From Octopus sinensis (lineage: Eukaryota), in NCBI RefSeq assembly GCF_006345805.1, contig NW_021830185.1:1-5007 (forward strand): 5,007 bases of DNA, given 5' to 3'. Shown here piece after piece: positions 1 to 5,007 of this stretch. The number at the start of each line of letters is the position of its first letter. Within the stretch, counting starts at the first letter, position 1. The position numbers and the translations under genes were made by a program. The notes beneath the pieces are model-generated. The model worked only from the letters and a program-made list of their open reading frames with translations. It was not told the DNA's origin and ran no database searches.

Positions 1-579
1 AAATTTAAAGAATTAATATGAACTACAACATTCTTGGACAAGACAAATTCCAGCAATCAGGTAAAAGTTACAGCAGTTAAAGGTGGTTATAATGTCAACT
101 CATGGAGAAAGTTGAAGCCAGTAAGATGGTGGTTAAATCGAAAATGGATAAAAAATCTTCTGCTATATGCCAATCGTATGTTACAACACCAATTTCAAAC
201 GTAATACAGGGAGTATTAAGGAATCGAGTTTACACAATGGGAAATTCTGTAACTAGGATAATGGATATCGATGGAGACAGAGAATGGAATTTCCGTAGTC
301 GAGAACGTAAATTAAGGGATAACGTGAAGAGCTTAAAGCGGCTGATTGTGAAGGCAGTAAAGAAAATACATAGATCTACTAATACAAAAGGGAGCAAACG
401 ATATATACACTGTTATTCAAAACAAATATATCAATTCATTGTAAAATACAGGCTGTAAAACTTGCAGACTTATATATTAACAAGCTGAAGTGGTACAATA
501 CGATATAAAAATACAGTAATAAAGAAAATAAACTCAAGGTAAATATATAAGAAATATTTATTTAAAATGGAAGAATTAT

Positions 580-901
580 GTACTGTAGGATGCTGTTTAT
601 CAATTGGTCAGGATGTAAGTTCGATTACTTGGAGGATTATACTGTCTACTGATTGGAGAGAGTGTGAGAAATGGGAATGGTGTTACGAGAGCTGTCGAAA
701 GTTCGGGAGACACGACGGCAAATAAATCCTGGTCTACTTAGAATGGCGAAAATTCTATTAGTTTTAGTTAAATGAAAACTTAGAATATTTGGAGCACCCA
801 GGCAGATAGAAAAAACTAGAACGGTGATACACCTTTACAGGAGCGAAAATGGAAGGAGTAAGAGTAAGTGGTTAAGTAATAATTATGTAACGAAAAGATG
901 A
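580..901 (+). mobile_element. Possible highly decayed non-LTR retrotransposon (RTE-like LINE) ORF2 C-terminal remnant
   Basis: Frame +2 from 668 reads EMGMVLRELSKVRETRRQINPGLLRMAKILLVLVK*KLRIFGAPRQIEKTRTVIHLYRSENGRSKSKWLSNNYVTKR* (one internal stop in 77 codons). The order and rough spacing echo the RTE post-RT signature EMxxLRxI...RLRWFGHVxRM..R..K..Y......GRP..RW. GTACTGTAGGATGC at 580-593 would read VLYGC if one base were restored. By-eye resemblance only, no search run. Confidence 0.3.
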
Positions 902-944
902 TGAGTTCGAAGTTTAGCACAGAGGCAACAATTTTGAGGGAACA

Positions 945-1001
945 CAAGGAACCGGAAAAAATTTGTGGCGTTTTGTTCGACGCACTAACGATCCTGTCAG
1001 C
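945..1001 (-). mobile_element. Possible decayed 5' head fragment of a second tRNA-derived SINE family
   Basis: Minus strand GCTGACAGGATCGTTAGTGCGTCGAACAAAACGCC...TTCCGGTTCCTT resembles, from memory, the head of an abundant octopus SINE (GCTGGCAGAATCGTTAGTGCGTCGGACAAAATGCC). No clear B box and no second copy in the window. Confidence 0.2.
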
Positions 1002-1022
1002 AGCAATAATAATAATCTTTCC

Positions 1023-1440
1023 TTTTTATTATTTTTATTCTTTTATTCTTTTAATTGTTTCTGTCATTTGACAGCGGCTATGCTGGAGCACCGCCTTTAG
1101 TCGAACAAATCGACTCCAGACCTTATTCTTTGTAAACCTGGTACTTATTCAATCAGTCTCTTTTGCGATAATTACAGGGATGTAAACACACCACCATCGG
1201 TTGTCAAGCGATGGTAGGAGGACAGTCACAGACACACAAACATGTACGTATACATATACATATATATACACATATATATGACGGGCTTCTTTCAGTTTCC
1301 GTCTGCCAAATCCACTCACAAAGCTTTGGTCGGCCCGAGGCTATAGTAGAAGACACTTGCCCAAGGTGCCACGCTGTGGACTGAACTCAGATTCATGTGG
1401 TTGGTAAGCAAGCTACTTACCACACAGCCACCCCTGCGCC
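1023..1440 (-). mobile_element. tRNA-derived SINE, near full length, with a CORE-like central motif; resembles octopus OR-type SINEs
   Basis: The minus strand starts GGCGCAGGGG-TGGCTGTGTGG (A box, 1430-1420), with a B-box-like GAGTTCAGTCC (1388-1378) 31 nt later. Next come the CORE-like TGGCACCTTGGGCAAGTGTCTT (1371-1350), an internal TA/TG microsatellite (~1229-1279), a 3' region with the hairpin AGTCGA-TTTGT-TCGACT (1115-1099) and an A-rich (AATAAAAG)n tail (~1053-1023). The 3' region is independently present, inverted, at 1758-1830. No TSD found. The family name is from recall. Confidence 0.8.
1378..1430 (-). promoter_or_regulatory. RNA polymerase III type-2 internal promoter (A box and B box) of the SINE
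   Basis: A box TGGCTGTGTGG versus consensus TGGCNNAGTGG. B box GAGTTCAGTCC versus consensus GGTTCGANNCC. The 31-nt spacing is tRNA-like. The B box is degenerate, so activity is uncertain. Confidence 0.6.
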
Positions 1441-1672
1441 TATTGTTTACTTTTTTGCTTACTGTTTTTATTATTATTATTTTTCCTTTTTCTCTCTATC
1501 TTTCTTCCCTTTTTACTCTAGCACATGACTTTGTAAATGAAAAATCTGGTGTGTTTATTTTAATGGCCTACCAATGTATGCAGTGTTTTTCTCTGTCCAA
1601 GGTGTCAGGGTGACACTCGACAAGAAATAGAAACATAATTGAAAGAAGATGACAATGAAAATAATGATGATG

Positions 1673-1674
<2 letters not shown>

Positions 1675-1716
<42 letters not shown>
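1675..1716 (+). repeat. (AAT)14 microsatellite flanked by (GAT)n units (compound tract ~1662-1740)
   Basis: Read directly: 14 perfect AAT units, with (GAT)4 following at 1717-1728. Confidence 0.97.
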
Positions 1717-1718
<2 letters not shown>

Positions 1719-1757
1719 TGATGATGATGAAAAATAATAAGAAAAATAGTACTTAGG

Positions 1758-1846
1758 TCGATTCGTCCGGCTAAACACTTGACGGTGGTACTCCAGCATG
1801 ACCGCGGTTCAGTGACTGAAGCAAGTAAATCATAAGAGATAAAAGA
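1758..1846 (+). mobile_element. 5'-truncated SINE 3'-end fragment homologous to the 3' end of the 1023-1440 element, in the opposite orientation
   Basis: GTCGATTCGTCCGGCTAAA(CACTTG)ACGGTGGTACTCCAGCATGACCGCGGTTCAGTGACTGAAGCAAGTAAA aligns to the reverse complement of ~1114-1049: GTCGATTTGTTCGACTAAAGGCGGTGCTCCAGCATAGCCGCTGTCAAATGACAGAAACAATTAAA. It ends in an A-rich tail (AGAGATAAAAGA). Confidence 0.75.
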
Positions 1847-2018
1847 TTTTAGGAAGAAAACGTGGGGCGCTTGTTATTGTCGATATTGTACTGATGTAAA
1901 TATGGCAACTGCTCGTGACGCCAGATAGTACCACTTTCCTCGATTTCAAATGTTAGCCTAGTTAACAATGAAGATATTAGGGTTCAGTGAAGGCGTAGCT
2001 AATGGGAATTGGTTTTAT

Positions 2019-2588
2019 TTACACGTGAACAGGTCACTTTCAGCCAGGATTTAGTTGTAAGTAGACAAGTCACTTTGGGCCTAGATTTAGTAATACGTGG
2101 ACAGGTTATTGAAAACCAGGATTTAGTTATACGTGGATATGTCACTTTAACCCTTTACTGTTCAGATTATTCTGTTAAATCTAATAATTTTTCACTCAAA
2201 TTGTTTTGAATTAATCAGTCATTATCTTACAGCTTTGAGGTTTCAATGATGTGATTGTTTATTTTTCGAATGTCAATGTAGGTTAGGTGTGAGAGGCCAG
2301 ATATGGCCAGTTTGAATAAAAAACATGTGGAATATCTGGGCCAGAAATGGCCGGTTTAAAACACTAAGGGGTTAAGCCTGGATCTAGTTATACGTTAAGA
2401 GGTTATTTTGAGCTTGGATCTAGTTATACGTGAACAGTTTACATTGAGCCTGGGTTTAATTATACCTGGACAGGTCACTTTGAGCGTGGGTTTAGCTATA
2501 TGTGGACAAGTCACTTTGAGCCTGGATCTGGTTATACGCGGATAGGTCACTTTGTATATGAATTTAGTTATACGTGGACAAGTTATTT
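2019..2588. repeat. 36-bp tandem repeat (minisatellite), ~9.6 units, interrupted by a MITE
   Basis: Consensus TTATACGTGGACAGGTCACTTTGAGCCTGGATTTAG. Units: 2019-2054, 2055-2090, 2091-2126, [2127-2150 + 2376-2387], 2388-2423, 2424-2459, 2460-2495, 2496-2531, 2532-2567 and a partial unit at 2568-2588. Hand count is 50 differences in 324 nt (~85% identity to consensus). Every full unit is exactly 36 bp. Confidence 0.95.
2151..2371. mobile_element. Non-autonomous piggyBac-superfamily MITE, 221 bp, TTAA target-site duplication
   Basis: Flanked by TTAA at 2147-2150 and 2372-2375. The termini CCCTTTACTGTT and AACACTAAGGGG (reverse complement CCCCTTAGTGTT) form a 12-bp TIR with 10/12 matches. The CCC...GGG ends plus TTAA TSD are the piggyBac hallmark. 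No ORF. Excision restores a perfect 36-bp minisatellite unit. Confidence 0.9.
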
Positions 2589-3023
2589 GAAACGTTGTAA
2601 TGAAAACTATGAGAACAAAATATATTAAAAGAAACACATTTTTGAAGATAAGGAAGATGCGCTGTCAACGTGATACATGTCATAAAATTCTAAATTTTAG
2701 GTAAAACTAAAGCTTGAAGACAAACGTATAATACAACAACAGTAAGAGTCCTTAGACTACATGTCAAGGTGAATTAAATAATGAGGAATCCGTTGTTCAT
2801 CTTTCCTTTTTGAAGTCAATTTGCGTAATGGTGACCATACAGCTGCTGATAGTGGTGTCTAATGTTCCGGTGACAGGTGGCGTTAGTAATTAATCAGATG
2901 AGGTGGGGTTTGACTATTAATATTAGAAGAGACTGAAAGGGCCAAAATAAGAAGGAAAGAAGAAGAAAAAGCGAGGAAAGAAGTGAAATACAAGGTATCG
3001 GAAACCCGAGGAGGAAGAAAACA

Positions 3024-3054
3024 AGTAGTAGTAGTTGTAGTAGCAATAGTAGTT

Positions 3055-3105
<51 letters not shown>

Positions 3106-3148
3106 ACAGCAGCCGTAGTGGTATAGGCAACAGATACAGTAGCGCTAC

Positions 3149-3187
<39 letters not shown>
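3024..3187 (+). repeat. Bipartite (AGT)n microsatellite: degenerate/pure tract 3024-3104 and pure (AGT)12 at 3150-3185, within purine-rich flanks
   Basis: Read directly: (AGT)16 pure at 3057-3104 and (AGT)12 at 3150-3185. Confidence 0.97.
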
Positions 3188-3372
3188 AAAAAACAAGGAG
3201 GTGGACGGAAAGAAGAAGCAGAAAAAATGTGAAGAAGAAAATTAGAAACGAGAAACAGGATAAAAAAAAACAACAAAAGATTAGGAAAACACGCAAAAAA
3301 ACTGTAATAGAAAAATAGGTAAGTTAATATGCTTTTGGTCTACTTACAAAAGAATTGAAAAAAAAAAAGGCA

Positions 3373-3565
3373 ACACACATGCATATACGCACACACACAC
3401 AAACATAAACATATATGTATAAAACAACACCACACACACACACACACACACACTACACATATATAATATATATAGATATATATATATATACATAAATACA
3501 TATGTGCATATAATATAAATATGTTTGTGGGTAGATACACTATATATAAATACACGTACATACAC

Positions 3566-3608
<43 letters not shown>

Positions 3609-3662
3609 ATATATCTATATATATATATATAATATAGTAATATATATATATACGTATGTATG
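3373..3662. repeat. Compound (CA)n/(TA)n microsatellite field, including (CA)11 at 3431-3452 and (TA)15 at 3567-3596
   Basis: Read directly. Confidence 0.95.
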
Positions 3663-3840
3663 TAAGTGCGCATGTGTGCAGTGAAATAAAATGGGAGCTA
3701 CAGGCGAAGTAGGCTAGAGATAATCTGGAGAATAATGATAACCGACCAGTTTGGTTGGCCGCCATCTTTGTTACCACTAAATATTGCCTTGGGCACAAAA
3801 TGACAATAACAGCCACAAAAACAAAAACAACAGCAGCTGC

Positions 3841-3852
3841 ACCACCACCACC

Positions 3853-3884
<32 letters not shown>

Positions 3885-3885
3885 C
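3841..3885 (+). repeat. Compound trinucleotide microsatellite (ACC)9(AAC)6 within an A/C-rich degenerate tract (~3803-3905)
   Basis: Read directly. Confidence 0.95.
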
Positions 3886-4187
3886 AATGGTAACAACAAA
3901 AAAAGGACAATGGAGGTATGGACATTGTCTACACGAAAAATAAAAACGAAAAACAGAAAAATAAACAAACACCATGATATATAATATATGAAGTGTAAAA
4001 AAGAAAATGGCCGTACACTAGCGAAAATGAAATTTTGGAGGCAATAAATGGTTTGTGGCTTAAAATACTTAAATCAAAATAGCAGTAAGGTTTATGTGTA
4101 TGTGTAATAACCAACCATGTGTCTGTGAATCTCTGTATGACTGCCTTGCTGCTAGCTCGTGTATAATTTGTAAAGGCGTATGTGTTT

Positions 4188-4249
4188 GTATATATATATA
4201 TGTATATATGTATATATGTATATATGTATATATATATATGTATATATAT
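4188..4249. repeat. (TA)n tract with higher-order 8-bp periodicity, (TGTATATA)4 at 4201-4232
   Basis: Read directly. Confidence 0.92.
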
Positions 4250-4339
4250 TGTGAGTGTGTGGGAGTTTGTGTTTACATGCATAGATATACACCGCTAAAC
4301 ATACATACATATACCTAAGGACGTGTGTAATTCTATAGG

Positions 4340-4535
4340 AGCATATATATGTATATATATGTATATAGGGTTGTGCGGAAAAGTGAGCTCCGATATGTAT
4401 ATACATATATAGACACATACATAAATCTATGTAAGTATACAATCATATAATAATATATATATGTGTGTGTGTGTATATTATATATATAATATATACACAC
4501 ACACACAAATATATATGCAGTTATATGCATATATA
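4340..4535. repeat. Degenerate TA/TG/CA microsatellite field containing an inverted (GT)6...(AC)6 arrangement
   Basis: Read directly. See the palindrome finding at 4455-4516. Confidence 0.85.
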
Positions 4536-4748
4536 TGGAATTCTATACAGAGTTACGAATGTGTGCTTGCATATGTTGCTATTTAAACGAATTTCGGTTC
4601 CTGTTAGTCAAACTTTGAAACGAATGAAGCAAAGAATATATTTAAATAGATTTTCGTATACGCATAAGTACAAGACCAAATGCATGTATGTATGCCAATA
4701 GACAAGTGCATATGTATATGCCTGTATGCATGTTTCTAAATATGTACG

Positions 4749-4764
4749 CACACACACACACACA
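4749..4764 (+). repeat. (CA)8 microsatellite
   Basis: Read directly. Confidence 0.9.
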
Positions 4765-4881
4765 GACAGATATATAATTACATACGTAGAAAAACGTGCC
4801 TCTGCGTAAACCGTGCCATCCGTAAATAATGCATAACCATGTTTTTTCTCTATATGTACATATATGCATATATGTATGTAT

Positions 4882-4981
<100 letters not shown>

Positions 4982-5007
4982 CATACATATATATATGCAT
5001 AGATTAT

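Noticed and set aside
1370-1440. Functional tRNA gene
   Set aside because: It has A/B-like boxes but I could not form a cloverleaf with acceptor and T stems, and it continues directly into SINE body sequence.
1023-1470. Target-site duplication around the full-length SINE
   Set aside because: No convincing direct repeat is seen on both flanks; both are low-complexity A/T tracts.
1395-1799. ORFs 1395-1613 (+) and 1605-1799 (-)
   Set aside because: The first starts inside the antisense SINE head and runs through a T-rich tract. The second is poly-Leu/Ser from the (AAT)n/(GAT)n repeat and begins in a SINE fragment.
2019-2588. CRISPR array (36-bp repeat length)
   Set aside because: Units are directly adjacent with no unique spacers, are ~15% degenerate, and lie in eukaryotic repeat-rich DNA with no cas genes.
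2009-2637. 12-aa repeat protein (ORFs 2009-2209 +, VIRGQVTLSLDL; 2395-2637 -, KVTCPRITKSRL)
   Set aside because: Both frames share the same third-codon positions, and only 15 of 50 hand-counted substitutions fall there (15/15/20 split), so there is no synonymous bias. Both frames also hit a stop in unit 5 and are interrupted by the MITE.
2883-3296. Minus-strand ORFs 2883-3296 and 2894-3196
   Set aside because: Poly-Thr and poly-Leu are translations of (ACT)n, with Phe/Leu-rich flanks from the A-rich plus strand. No domain content.
3317-3324. Perfect splice-donor consensus AG|GTAAGT
   Set aside because: No matching upstream acceptor or open exon was found (the frame +3 open stretch stops at 3243), so it cannot be supported without RNA data.
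3340-3984. Overlapping ORFs with YI/VC repeats and poly-Gly/Val/Pro/Thr/Cys/Trp
   Set aside because: All arise from (TA)n, (CA)n and (ACC)n(AAC)n. Several frames on both strands are open simultaneously, which is typical of simple repeats.

Overview
AT-rich, microsatellite-dense eukaryotic (animal) non-coding DNA, probably intronic or intergenic. The repeat families resemble octopus/cephalopod SINEs and MITEs, recalled from memory and not searched. No intact protein-coding, rRNA or tRNA gene and no CRISPR array is supported. Well-supported features: (1) a ~420-bp minus-strand tRNA-derived SINE (1023-1440) with Pol III A/B boxes, a CORE-like motif and an internal microsatellite; (2) an oppositely oriented 3' fragment of the same or a related SINE (1758-1846); (3) a ~9.6-copy 36-bp minisatellite (2019-2588) split by a 221-bp piggyBac-type MITE (2151-2371) with a TTAA target-site duplication, whose removal restores an exact 36-bp unit; (4) many simple repeats from 3024 to the end. 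Bases ~100-900 may be a heavily decayed RTE-like LINE remnant (low confidence). Almost all listed ORFs are microsatellite artefacts. I found no evidence for a new multi-gene biological system. The most notable items are nested or structural repeat features.
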